Assembly (NCBI GenBank): GCA_041655535.1
Contig: JBBAFH010000003.1
Coordinates: 4,081-68,080 of the forward strand
Source of the DNA: Bacilli bacterium
Lineage (GTDB): Bacteria > Bacillota_I > Bacilli_A > RF39 > UBA660
Direction of reading: 5' to 3'
DNA length: 64,000 bases
Part shown: positions 17,913 to 27,608 of the stretch, in pieces
Layout of the letters: each line of letters opens with the position of its first letter
Numbering within the stretch: the first letter of the stretch is position 1
Made by a program: the position numbers and the translations under genes
The notes under the pieces: generated by a model
What the model was told of the DNA's origin: nothing
Databases searched by the model: none
Seen by the model: only the letters and a program-made list of their open reading frames with translations

Positions 17913-19877
17913 CTATTTTTCATTTATATTATCTATTAACTCTTGCTTATTCATTTTAGTATAACCTGGTATCTGATGTTCTTTTGCAATTTCTTTTAGT
18001 TCAGTAACTGTTAACTTAGTTAACGTATCATCATCAATTTCATCTGGCATACGTCCATGTTCTGCAAGATATTCAATTTGTTCCTTGGTTAGTGTTTCAC
18101 GTTCGATTAACGTTTCAGCAATTAAATCTAATAAGTCAATATTTTCTTTAATAATGTGTTTAGCCACTTCGTATTGTTCACCAATAATTTTTCTGATTTC
18201 TTCATCAATTTGATATGCAACTTGACTAGAAAAATTACGACTCTTATTATAATCTCTACCTAAAAAAACACTAGATTCTTGATGTTCAAATTGAACTGGA
18301 CCAAGACTACTCATTCCATATTCAGTAACCATCGCACGAGCAATTTTTGTTGCTTGCTCAAAGTCATTGTGAGCTCCGGTAGTAACTTCATTAAATACTA
18401 TTTCTTCAGAAACCCTACCTCCAAGAAGACCAGCAATTCTTTCTAATAATTCTTTTTTAGTAGATGTATATCGTTCTTCTTTTGGTAACATTAACGCATA
18501 TCCACCAGCATAACTTCTTGGTATAATCGTTACTTTTTGAACAACATTAGCATCGTTTAATTTTAATCCTAAAACAACATGCCCAGCTTCATGATAAGCA
18601 ACTAATTTTTTTTCGTTTTCAGTATATTTTTTAGATTTTTTAGCGGGACCCATTAAAACACGGTCATGGGCTTCATCAACTTCATCCATTGTAATGTTAT
18701 TTTTATCACGTCTAACCGCTAATAATGCAGCTTCATTAAGTAAGTTTTCCAAATCAGCGCCACTAAATCCAACTGTTCTTTTAGCAATATTTGATAATCT
18801 AACCCCTTTAGAAAAGGTTTTTCCTTTAGCGTGAACTTCTAATATTTCTTCACGTGCTTTAGAATCTGGTAAATTAACTGTAACTTGACGATCAAATCGC
18901 CCTGGTCTAAGCAACGCTGGATCTAAAACATCAGGTCGGTTTGTTGCCGCAATAATAATAATTCCTTCATTAGCACCAAAACCATCCATTTCAGTTAATA
19001 ATTGGTTTAAAGTTTGCTCACGTTCATCGTGACCGCCACCTAAACCAGCACCCCTTTGACGCCCGACAGCATCTATTTCATCAATAAATATCAAACATGG
19101 AGCATTGTGTTTAGCTTGTTTAAACATATCTCTAACACGGCTAGCACCAACTCCAACAAATAATTCAACAAAATCTGAACCACTTATATAATAAAATGGT
19201 ACGCTCGCTTCACCGGCAACTGCTCTTGCTAATAAAGTTTTACCAGTACCCGGAGGACCTACAAGTAAAACTCCTTTTGGAATTCTAGCACCTAATCTTT
19301 GAAATTTTTTGGGATTTCTCAAGAAATCAATTAATTCTGATACTTCTTCTTTTTCTTCACTAAGACCGGCAACATTTTCAAATGTTATTTTATTAGAATC
19401 AGGATTTAATTTTGCACGACTCTTACCAAAATCCATTGAATTGTTAGCAGTTCCCACTTGTTTTTTTACAAATGCGAAAGCAAATCCAATAAGTAGTAAC
19501 ATTGGCAATATATTAATTAAAAACAATAAAAATGTTCCTGACTCAGGATCAACATGAGTATCAACTTTAAAATTATACTTTTCTTCAGCATTAAATATTT
19601 TAGAAATAACCTCATTAGATAATGGAACCTTTAAAATAAAGGTTTCACTTTCCTCATATCCTTTCAAAGTACCTTTTATTTCATAGATACTTGCTCTGTT
19701 ACGGGGAATAATTACTATTTCCTCAACTTCTTCTTTATTAACATGTTCCATAAATGAATCATAAGTTAAATTATTTATTTTTGTATTCGTTTTTCCAAAA
19801 ACATATACAATTGACATCATTACTAAAAATAATATTAAATACGGGTATAACCCTTTTTTCATACCTTTTTTATTCAT
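17913..19877 (-). CDS. ftsH: ATP-dependent zinc metalloprotease FtsH
   Basis: 654 aa. Contains Walker A GPPGTGKT, the SRH region, and the zinc site HEAGH. It also has a C-terminal 30-aa Rho_N/HeH-like tail. Confidence 0.97.
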   Translation of the reverse strand: MNKKGMKKGLYPYLILFLVMMSIVYVFGKTNTKINNLTYDSFMEHVNKEEVEEIVIIPRNRASIYEIKGTLKGYEESETFILKVPLSNEVISKIFNAEEKYNFKVDTHVDPESGTFLLFLINILPMLLLIGFAFAFVKKQVGTANNSMDFGKSRAKLNPDSNKITFENVAGLSEEKEEVSELIDFLRNPKKFQRLGARIPKGVLLVGPPGTGKTLLARAVAGEASVPFYYISGSDFVELFVGVGASRVRDMFKQAKHNAPCLIFIDEIDAVGRQRGAGLGGGHDEREQTLNQLLTEMDGFGANEGIIIIAATNRPDVLDPALLRPGRFDRQVTVNLPDSKAREEILEVHAKGKTFSKGVRLSNIAKRTVGFSGADLENLLNEAALLAVRRDKNNITMDEVDEAHDRVLMGPAKKSKKYTENEKKLVAYHEAGHVVLGLKLNDANVVQKVTIIPRSYAGGYALMLPKEERYTSTKKELLERIAGLLGGRVSEEIVFNEVTTGAHNDFEQATKIARAMVTEYGMSSLGPVQFEHQESSVFLGRDYNKSRNFSSQVAYQIDEEIRKIIGEQYEVAKHIIKENIDLLDLIAETLIERETLTKEQIEYLAEHGRMPDEIDDDTLTKLTVTELKEIAKEHQIPGYTKMNKQELIDNINEK

Positions 19878-19891
19878 AATATTCTCCTTCC

Positions 19892-21217
19892 TTAATAGTA
19901 TTTTATTATTATATCATACTTTTCATTTTTTAATTTATCAAATTTTGATTTTTTCAAACCTGGTAGCCACACAATAACTCCTGTCGAATCAACAACAACA
20001 GGCCAAGATTTTCTTTCCTCAATAGGCACTTTTTCATCGATAAAAATATCGTTGATTTTTTTACGACCAAGCATCCCTTTAACATACATTTTATCTCCAT
20101 TTTGTCTTGTTCTAACATGAAGTGGTAGTATTACTTCGCTACTATTTAAACGACAATAATAGTTACTATCAGAAGTAGTTTTTTCGACTACTTCAATATT
20201 ATGACCATTAGGTAGATTCATGTAGTTTATCAATTCAATTTCATATTCATTACTCTTAGTTTCTTCTAAAACCACTGTGAAAGTATCATATGATTTAATT
20301 GCTTTGATATTATTTGGTAAATGAATTTTTACATTAGCACGTTTCGAATGGATAAGATTGTGAATTAATTTAACATGTTGATCAGTTATTAACATCAAAT
20401 CATCTTGATATATTTGTTCTAAAATATAATAAATGATTTTCATTTGAATAACCTTTTCCTCTTTTAAAAACGCTTCAATATTCATAATATTTTGAATATA
20501 AATTTGTTTTAATTTTTCTTTTACAATTTTATCTATATAATTATTGTATTCAAGCAAGGTTGTACTAAATTTATAAAATTTTTCATGAACCTTTTCATCT
20601 TCTTTTTTAAACTCAGGAACAATATATTTACGAAAACGATTACGTGTATATACATCTTTAACATTCGATCCATCTAATACATAATTTATTTTATTTTTTT
20701 TGTTATATTCATAGATTTCTTGTTTAGTAACATTAATCAATGGTCTTATAATTGTATAAGTATCCATATTCACCACTTTTGAAAACCCACTATACCCTCT
20801 TAAAGTTGAACCTCTAACAATACGCATCAAAATAGTTTCAATTAAATCGTCACCATGATGTGCTGTGAATAAATATTTAGCATTATATTTTTTGACGATT
20901 TTACTAAAATAATTATATCTAATACTCCTTGCTTCATTATGAAAATTATCGTCACCGTAATCTTCAATTTTATGCCACTCAAAAACGATACCATGATTCG
21001 CGCAGAAACGTTCTACAAAAACTTTTTCATCATCACTTTCTTTACGTAGATTGTGATGAACGTGAGCACATATCACTTGGATATCTAAACTCTTTTTTAT
21101 ACGACTTAAAAGATGTAGTAATGCCATTGAGTCCGGACCTCCAGAAACTCCAACAACAATTGCATCGCCATACTTTATTTTGACTTCGTCCATTAAATAG
21201 TTATATGCCTTTTCCAC
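19892..21217 (-). CDS. tilS: tRNA(Ile)-lysidine synthase TilS
   Basis: PP-loop motif VGVSGGPDSMALL. The preferred start is GTG at 21217 (SD AGAGGTG, -10 TAAATATAAT upstream) rather than the track start at 21265. Confidence 0.9.
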   Translation of the reverse strand: MEKAYNYLMDEVKIKYGDAIVVGVSGGPDSMALLHLLSRIKKSLDIQVICAHVHHNLRKESDDEKVFVERFCANHGIVFEWHKIEDYGDDNFHNEARSIRYNYFSKIVKKYNAKYLFTAHHGDDLIETILMRIVRGSTLRGYSGFSKVVNMDTYTIIRPLINVTKQEIYEYNKKNKINYVLDGSNVKDVYTRNRFRKYIVPEFKKEDEKVHEKFYKFSTTLLEYNNYIDKIVKEKLKQIYIQNIMNIEAFLKEEKVIQMKIIYYILEQIYQDDLMLITDQHVKLIHNLIHSKRANVKIHLPNNIKAIKSYDTFTVVLEETKSNEYEIELINYMNLPNGHNIEVVEKTTSDSNYYCRLNSSEVILPLHVRTRQNGDKMYVKGMLGRKKINDIFIDEKVPIEERKSWPVVVDSTGVIVWLPGLKKSKFDKLKNEKYDIIIKYY

Positions 21218-21271
21218 TATTACACCTCTATTATTAATTTTATTATATTTAAAAGATGATATCAAGTATAT

Positions 21272-21940
21272 TTACCATTTTATAGGATTATTATTAATAC
21301 TTTGTAAATGTTTGTTTATTTTAGAAAATGGTTTACTTCCAAAAAAGCCGCGACTTGCAGAAAGTGGAGATGGATGAACTCCTTCAATTATAATGTGTTT
21401 TTTGTTTGTAATCAAAGGCTTTTTGCTTTTTGCGTAATTTCCCCACAAAACAAAAATAACAGTCTTTTCACGTTCATTTAGAAGCTCAATTATTTTATTA
21501 GTAAAAATCTCCCAACCTTTATTTTTATGTGCTAATGGCTTATCTTTTTCCACTGTTAAAATAGCATTTAGCAATAAAACACCTTTAGTTGCCCAATCAG
21601 TCAAATTATTATCAACTCGAATTATTTCTAAATCACTTTTAAGTTCCTTAAATATATTATTCAATGAAGGGGGTCTTTTTTGATTGTTCATAACAGAAAA
21701 AGACAAACCATGAGCTTCGCCAACTCCATGATATGGATCTTGTCCTAAAATCATCACTTTTACTTCGTTATAATCAGTTAATTTTAAAGAGTTCAATATG
21801 TTTTGATATTCAGGAAAAATAGTTTTCTTTTTGTATTCTTCTTTTAAAAAAAGTAATAGTTTCTGAAAATATTCTTTTTCCATCTCTTCTTCTAATAAAG
21901 TATCCCAATAGTTATTTGTTTTTAATAAATTTGTTTTCAT
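21272..21940 (-). CDS. ung: Uracil-DNA glycosylase
   Basis: Contains GQDPYHG, HGLSFSV and HPSPLSA motifs. Confidence 0.93.
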   Translation of the reverse strand: MKTNLLKTNNYWDTLLEEEMEKEYFQKLLLFLKEEYKKKTIFPEYQNILNSLKLTDYNEVKVMILGQDPYHGVGEAHGLSFSVMNNQKRPPSLNNIFKELKSDLEIIRVDNNLTDWATKGVLLLNAILTVEKDKPLAHKNKGWEIFTNKIIELLNEREKTVIFVLWGNYAKSKKPLITNKKHIIIEGVHPSPLSASRGFFGSKPFSKINKHLQSINNNPIKW

Positions 21941-22770
21941 TTTACCAAATTGTTTGCTATCTCTACAAAAACTTCAATTGGAATTTGTTCAGCTCGGGAT
22001 TCTAAATTAAAATGATTATTTAAAAGAACTTTTTCAATTGTTTCTAAATCATACTCACGTAAATTATTCTTTATTGTTTTTCTTTTTTGGCGAAAACTAT
22101 CATATATTATTTTAAAAAATAATTCTTTATTTTTTAAGACAAACCTTTTTTCAATTTTATTGAATTCAACTACAATACTGTCCACATTCGGTTTAGGTAT
22201 AAAAACATTTTTGCTAATATCCATAATTTTTTTAACATCATAAAAATAATTGATAAAAATGGATAATGAATTATAGTCTTTAGTTCCTGGTTTAGCTCGC
22301 AAACGATTGCCAACTTCCTTTTGTACCATAACAACTATTTTATCTGGATTTATATTGTCTTCTATTAATTTTATAATTATAGGAGTCGTAATATAGTATG
22401 GTAAGTTAGCAACAACGTAAAGTTTTTCATATTCATAACTTTTAATATCATCAATAACGTCCCTCTTTAAAAAATCTTCAAATATTATTTTAACATTCTT
22501 ATGACCTTCTAAATTATTACCTAAAATTTCCTTTAATTTAGTATCAATTTCATAACATAATACTTCTTTAGCAGCTTGGGCTAGCTTGTTAGTAAGTGCT
22601 CCACCACCAGGTCCAATTTCAATAACTAATGTTTCTTTATCCACGTTACTTTTGTTAACAATAGCATTGATTATATTTTCGTCAACTATAAAGTTTTGAC
22701 CAAATTTCTTTTTAAAATTAAAATCATGCTTTTCTAATAGTTCTTTCGTCTTTTTAGGTGAGTATTCCAT
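21937..22770 (-). CDS. rsmA: 16S rRNA (adenine1518/1519-N6)-dimethyltransferase RsmA/KsgA
   Basis: Contains FGQNFIVD, the SAM motif IEIGPGGGALT, and NLPYYITTPII. Confidence 0.95.
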   Translation of the reverse strand: MEYSPKKTKELLEKHDFNFKKKFGQNFIVDENIINAIVNKSNVDKETLVIEIGPGGGALTNKLAQAAKEVLCYEIDTKLKEILGNNLEGHKNVKIIFEDFLKRDVIDDIKSYEYEKLYVVANLPYYITTPIIIKLIEDNINPDKIVVMVQKEVGNRLRAKPGTKDYNSLSIFINYFYDVKKIMDISKNVFIPKPNVDSIVVEFNKIEKRFVLKNKELFFKIIYDSFRQKRKTIKNNLREYDLETIEKVLLNNHFNLESRAEQIPIEVFVEIANNLVK

Positions 22771-22813
22771 ATGTACCTCCTTCTTTTTAATAAAAAAGAA
22801 GACTTAAAGTCTT

Positions 22814-23524
22814 CTACCATCCCCAGCGCAAAACATTGTAATCAACATTATTACTTGTTGTTTTATGTACCCCAGGATCCTTTTGTGATAAAAAGGCTAA
22901 GTCGATTACGATTTTATTTTCTTCTTTCCATGCAGTTCTCATTGCATACCCAGTATCCATAACAACTCCAATAAATGGTTGATCATTTTCGCGATATATC
23001 TCAATAACAGTTCCACAAGGGAAAACATCATGAGTGGCTGCTAGTATTCTTATATCTCCATATTCGTCATCATTATAAACAATTCCGTCTTTATATAAAT
23101 TAAAACTTTTTCTATCTTTTGTCTTACATGCAACAGTTCCACTGCAACCCTTACAATCAGCTCCGTATGCCGTTAAGCGACCACTAAAGTCACCACTAGG
23201 ACCCGTTCCTACTTCAACAACCTTATTAACAACTTCTTTTATTATTTCTGTTTTTTTAGTTGTCGGGTTTTCATAAATAATTCCATCTTCTCCTTCAATA
23301 ATTACGCGTTTACTATTAAATGGTAATTTAGAAGTTTTTTTGACAATAGTATCATACTCAACAATAGTATTTATCCTATTTAAACTTTTATTCAAATTAG
23401 TGTTAGTATTTACAGTTTCCACAGTATTTAAGGTATAACTACCAAACATTGATGCTACAGAAACCACTAATAAACTTATCAATTTACCAACAAAATGTAG
23501 TAAATATGAATTCATAAATTTCAC
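22814..23524 (-). CDS. Secreted G5 plus 3D (RlpA/MltA-like) domain protein, YabE-like
   Basis: Signal/TM segment at the N-terminus, a G5-like segment (VIIEGEDGIIYENPTTKKTEIIKEVVNKVVEVGTG), and a C-terminal 3D-type segment (GTVIEIY...IGVVMDTGYAM...IVIDLAF). It sits next to rsmA as yabE does in Bacillus. Confidence 0.7.
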   Translation of the reverse strand: MKFMNSYLLHFVGKLISLLVVSVASMFGSYTLNTVETVNTNTNLNKSLNRINTIVEYDTIVKKTSKLPFNSKRVIIEGEDGIIYENPTTKKTEIIKEVVNKVVEVGTGPSGDFSGRLTAYGADCKGCSGTVACKTKDRKSFNLYKDGIVYNDDEYGDIRILAATHDVFPCGTVIEIYRENDQPFIGVVMDTGYAMRTAWKEENKIVIDLAFLSQKDPGVHKTTSNNVDYNVLRWGW

Positions 23525-23553
23525 CTCGTAATATTCCTAACACAAAAATTCTA

Positions 23554-24318
23554 TCATAAAACACTTTTTATGTCAAATTGACAAATAGCATTATCAGTTG
23601 TGCTTTTCATTACTTTCTCTAAATCAATATTTTTAATTTCAGCTATTTTTTTAGCAATATATTTTATATTTGCTGGTTGATTTCGTTTGCCGCGAAGAGG
23701 AACCGGCGACAAATAAGGACTATCAGTTTCCAACAATAAATATTTTAAATCAATGTTTTTTACAACTTTTTCTAATTCTTCTGTTTTATCAAAAGTTATA
23801 ATTCCACCAATCCCTAACATTATACCGAGTTCCGTTAATTTTTTTGCAGTTTCTAAATTATAACTATAGCAATGCACAACCAATTTCATATCACGGTATT
23901 CTTTTTTGCTTAAAATATTATACGTATCATTTAAAGCCTCGCGACTATGAATAACTGCTGTTTTATTATGTTTTTTAGCAAGATAAAGTTGTTTTTCAAA
24001 GATTTCCTTCTGAAATTTTTTATTTTCATCAGTCCAATAATAATCCAAACCAATTTCACCAATTCCTATTATTTTTTCATTATTTAAGTTATTCACAATG
24101 AACTCCAAATCACTATATTTGAAATTTTCCAGCTCTGACGGGTGAACACCTAAGGTACCATATATATTTTTGTATTTATTACACAATTTAATAACTTCTT
24201 TATTCGTCGCAGTGTTTGTACCACTTACTATTATTATATTACTTTCCATATTTTTAATTACAACATCTATATCATCATAATATTCGCTATATAAATGACA
24301 ATGAGTATCAATTAACAT
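23554..24318 (-). CDS. tatD: TatD-family metal-dependent DNase/hydrolase
   Basis: Contains IDTHCHL, GEIGLDY, IHSREA and ETDSPYL motifs. Confidence 0.9.
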   Translation of the reverse strand: MLIDTHCHLYSEYYDDIDVVIKNMESNIIIVSGTNTATNKEVIKLCNKYKNIYGTLGVHPSELENFKYSDLEFIVNNLNNEKIIGIGEIGLDYYWTDENKKFQKEIFEKQLYLAKKHNKTAVIHSREALNDTYNILSKKEYRDMKLVVHCYSYNLETAKKLTELGIMLGIGGIITFDKTEELEKVVKNIDLKYLLLETDSPYLSPVPLRGKRNQPANIKYIAKKIAEIKNIDLEKVMKSTTDNAICQFDIKSVL

Positions 24319-24363
24319 TCTATCACCTCATAAAAAAGATTATACCATAATATAGGTATAATC

Positions 24364-24534
24364 TTAATCCCTCTTTTTTATATACACGTATTTGATAATA
24401 ACAAATATAACAAATAAGAAATATATAAAATTTATAGCATTAAATTCAATTAGAAGACTTCCCAAGTTGAGTAACGTTACTACAATAAAGCAAACAGCAA
24501 TACTTACCTCTTCTTTATTTTCTTTAGTAATCAT
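24364..24534 (-). CDS. Possible 56-aa small membrane protein
   Basis: Not in the track. Strong SD AAGAGGAAGGG lies 4 nt before the ATG at 24534. Translation is MITKENKEEVSIAVCFIVVTLLNLGSLLIEFNAINFIYFLFVIFVIIKYVYIKKRD. No family was recognised. Confidence 0.35.
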   Translation of the reverse strand: MITKENKEEVSIAVCFIVVTLLNLGSLLIEFNAINFIYFLFVIFVIIKYVYIKKRD

Positions 24535-24654
24535 GTTTCCCTTCCTCTTTTACTCACAACACTATAAATATAGCATAAGCATAGTGCAAATACAAAGTTT
24601 TTCTACACTTATATTTAGACATTTTACAACATTTGACACTTAAATGTATAAATT

Positions 24655-26217
24655 TTAAGAATTTTTAATTTCTTCTAATTTCTCTTGTTTATCAATTCTT
24701 AGGAAAAGTGGCTCTGGAATATTCAATTTAATATCAAAATCCATGCCCCTAAAATCATTTATCGAATCATAACTTTTGTTTTTAGTGTTTAGTTGATAGA
24801 AAATCTTATCAGCTGTGTCTGGTAGAAATGGTTGAATTAAGACTGCTCCAATTCTTAGAGTTTCAAGCAAATTATAAATAACAGTTGCCAATCGTTCTTT
24901 ATTGCTATCATCTTTAGCTAATACCCAAGGAGTTGTTTCATCAATGTACTTGTTAGCACGATTAAATATATCAAAAATCAAATTTACGGAATCAGATATT
25001 TTATATTCTTCCATCTTCTTTTCAATTTGAATTTTTTGATTATTTATAAAGTTAATCAGTGAATAATCTATGTCTGTTGTTTCTCCCGGTTGAATAACTA
25101 TCCCATCAAAATATTTATGAGACATACTTAAAGTTCTGTTTAATAAATTTCCCAAATTATTAACTAGATCAGAATTAATTTTATCAATCAATAATTCATG
25201 AGTAAAAATCCCGTCGTTTGCATATGGCATTTGACTTAGTAAATAATGTCTAACTGGGTCAACTCCAAATAGTTTTACTAAATCATCGGCATATATAATA
25301 TTACCTTTTGATTTACTCATCTTCTCTTCACCTGATAACAGCCAAGGATGTCCTAAAATCTTTTTAGGAAGGGGCAGATCTAAAGCCATTAACATAATTG
25401 GCCAATAAATAACATGAAATCTTAAAATATCCTTGCCTATTACATGAAGGTCTGCTGGCCAGTGTTTTGCAAACTGCGGTTCGTGTTCCCCATCTATATC
25501 GTATCCTATAAAAGTAATATAATTACTTAATGCATCAATCCAAACATATACAACATGACCTTCATCAAAAGTTACGGGAACGCCCCAATCAAATGACGTC
25601 CTTGATACACAAAGGTCTTGTAACCCCGGTTTTATAAAGTTATTGACTATTTCGTTTTTACGACTAACTGGCGATATAAATTCAGGGTTTTGATTTATGT
25701 ATTTTTCTAAACGATCAGCATAATTACTTAATTTTAAAAAATATGCTTCTTCTTTTGTTGATACTACTTCTCTTCCACAATCAGGACATTTACCATCAAT
25801 TAATTGTGATTCAGTAAAAAATGATTCACAAGGTGTACAATATAAGCCTTCATAAACGTCTTTATAAATGTCTCCTTGTTTATATAATTTTTCAAATATT
25901 TTAGAAACCATTGCCTTATGACCCGGATTAGTTGTTCTGACAAATTTATCATAACTAGCATTTACAATATCCCATATTCTTCTTATTTCAAGGGATATAT
26001 CGTCAACAAATTTTTGATTACTTTGATTATTTGATAAAGCATTATCTGATATTTTTTGACCATGTTCATCAGTTCCCGTTTGAAAATAAACTTCATATCC
26101 TAATAAACGCTTATAACGGGCAATCGCATCAGCTAAAACAATCTCATAAGTATTTCCAATATGAGGTTTTCCCGAAGCATATGCAATAGCAGTATAAATA
26201 TTAAAATTTTTATTCAT
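24655..26217 (-). CDS. metG: Methionyl-tRNA synthetase (short form, without the C-terminal tRNA-binding domain)
   Basis: Contains the HIGH motif (KPHIGNTYE), KMSKS, and the zinc knuckles CTPCE...CPDCG. The start is most likely ATG at 26217 (MNKNFNIYT), which overlaps the dut stop by 8 nt. Confidence 0.95.
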   Translation of the reverse strand: MNKNFNIYTAIAYASGKPHIGNTYEIVLADAIARYKRLLGYEVYFQTGTDEHGQKISDNALSNNQSNQKFVDDISLEIRRIWDIVNASYDKFVRTTNPGHKAMVSKIFEKLYKQGDIYKDVYEGLYCTPCESFFTESQLIDGKCPDCGREVVSTKEEAYFLKLSNYADRLEKYINQNPEFISPVSRKNEIVNNFIKPGLQDLCVSRTSFDWGVPVTFDEGHVVYVWIDALSNYITFIGYDIDGEHEPQFAKHWPADLHVIGKDILRFHVIYWPIMLMALDLPLPKKILGHPWLLSGEEKMSKSKGNIIYADDLVKLFGVDPVRHYLLSQMPYANDGIFTHELLIDKINSDLVNNLGNLLNRTLSMSHKYFDGIVIQPGETTDIDYSLINFINNQKIQIEKKMEEYKISDSVNLIFDIFNRANKYIDETTPWVLAKDDSNKERLATVIYNLLETLRIGAVLIQPFLPDTADKIFYQLNTKNKSYDSINDFRGMDFDIKLNIPEPLFLRIDKQEKLEEIKNS

Positions 26218-26704
26218 TATTATCACCTTTACTGGTACTGCCAAAGCCACCAGTTCTTTCATTTTCTATTTTTTCTTCATTATCAACAATTAAAAATTTA
26301 GTGAATATTCCTTGTAAATAAGCATCACCTTTATTTATAATATATTCTTTATCACCATGATTTTGCAACTTAATCCACATATGTCCTTCATTTGATGGAT
26401 TATTGTAATAATCACTTTCAATAATTCCAATTTGATTACATAGCCTAACATTATATTTAAATCCCATACTACTTCTAACAACAAGCATCAACATTTCGTC
26501 ATTACTCATGCTAACTTTTATCCCTGTTGGAATTTTTTTGGTTTCACCAGGTTGAATTATGTAATCTTCTATTGCCCAAAAATCATAACCAGCACTGTTT
26601 TTAGTGCTTCTTTTTGGTAAATTATATTCTTCATATAATTCAGGATCATTAGCAATGTCTTCACTAAATTGGTTAAAATTAATTTTTTCAAAATATCTTT
26701 TCAT
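26210..26704 (-). CDS. dut: Trimeric dUTPase-family protein (YncF/YosS-like)
   Basis: Start is ATG at 26704 (SD AGGAGG). Contains AGYDF, VVRSSMG, IGIIESDYY and RTGGFGSTS motifs. Confidence 0.85.
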   Translation of the reverse strand: MKRYFEKINFNQFSEDIANDPELYEEYNLPKRSTKNSAGYDFWAIEDYIIQPGETKKIPTGIKVSMSNDEMLMLVVRSSMGFKYNVRLCNQIGIIESDYYNNPSNEGHMWIKLQNHGDKEYIINKGDAYLQGIFTKFLIVDNEEKIENERTGGFGSTSKGDNNE

Positions 26705-26721
26705 TTTTTTCCTCCTAAATA

Positions 26722-26945
26722 AAAAAATCACATCCTATTTAAGGACGTGATTACGCGGTACCACCTTAATTTATAAAAATTATACACTCAAAGTTTTAAC
26801 GCTAGCTAGCGGTTTAGCCTACATATCGACTAAACAATTCCGGAACCATTCTAAATACTTTGTTACCTTTGCTTTCACCAAGCGCAAAGTCTCTAAAGAA
26901 ACGACAGTATTTTTCTTTCCTTCAACATCTTTAAACAATAATTAG
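26722..26945 (-). promoter_or_regulatory. T-box riboswitch leader, probable Met specifier, preceding dut-metG
   Basis: Read on the minus strand: an extended -10 TGCTATAAT (~26950-26958), an AG bulge AGAGA, a distal loop TGGTGAAAG, AGTA...AGAATGG (candidate AUG specifier), and the T-box sequence AAGGTGGTACCGCG (~26753-26766). A terminator ATCACGTCC/GGATGTGAT plus T-run follows (~26722-26752). Confidence 0.8.
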
Positions 26946-26967
26946 CGTTATTATAGCATATTTAAGC

Positions 26968-27501
26968 TTATTGTTCAAGATATTTACCCAAAAACTGTGA
27001 AGCAATCTTGACAACTTTTTCATCCGTATGGTTTAATTCCTCATCGTTTGAGGTCATTATTACTAAACCTATTGCGTCACCATTAGCAATTATAGTACTT
27101 ATTGCATAGGTTCCTAATTCATTTTTACCATTAATTAATTCATATTCTTTAGGATATTTTTCTAATATATTTTCTCTTCTCATTATTGAAATTTCTAATT
27201 TTTCACTTATAGGTTTATTTAAATAATCCTTTTTATTTAGTCCTGCTACTGCTATAATATCTTTCGTATCGGTTATAATAATATTGTTTTTAATAAAACT
27301 ATGCATTGAATCAACAAATTTTTGAGAAAAATCATTTATATTTTTCATTAGTGAATATTTTTTCAAAATTATTTTATCTTCACCTTCTATATATATTTCT
27401 ATATTATCGTTATTATTTATTCTTAATGTTTTCCTAATTTCTTTTGGAATAACAATTCTACCCATCTCGTCAATTCGTCTTACAATACCTATACTTTTCA
27501 T
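26968..27501 (-). CDS. spoVT: Stage V sporulation protein T (AbrB-type N-terminal domain plus GAF-like C-terminal domain)
   Basis: 177 aa. Contains GIVRRIDEMGRIVIPKEIRKTLRI. The length and its position next to mfd match SpoVT. Confidence 0.85.
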   Translation of the reverse strand: MKSIGIVRRIDEMGRIVIPKEIRKTLRINNNDNIEIYIEGEDKIILKKYSLMKNINDFSQKFVDSMHSFIKNNIIITDTKDIIAVAGLNKKDYLNKPISEKLEISIMRRENILEKYPKEYELINGKNELGTYAISTIIANGDAIGLVIMTSNDEELNHTDEKVVKIASQFLGKYLEQ

Positions 27502-27608
27502 GTTTACCTCACTCTCTAGTTAATATTTTGTCTAATTATGGTATTTTTATACTCACACCAGTTGACAAATATGATATAATTAAAACATTTAGCAAAAGGA
27601 GTTTTATT

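Noticed and set aside
22771-22962. Track ORFs 22771-22962 (+) and 29153-29371 (+), at the ends of convergent or adjacent genes
   Set aside because: They overlap the 3' parts of well-supported minus-strand genes (yabE-like and mfd) and lack ribosome-binding sites.
24392-24643. Track ORF 24392-24643 (+), 83 aa
   Set aside because: It has no SD, sits in a region flanked by minus-strand genes, and has a low-complexity translation. The minus-strand 56-aa ORF with a strong SD is a better, though still weak, candidate.
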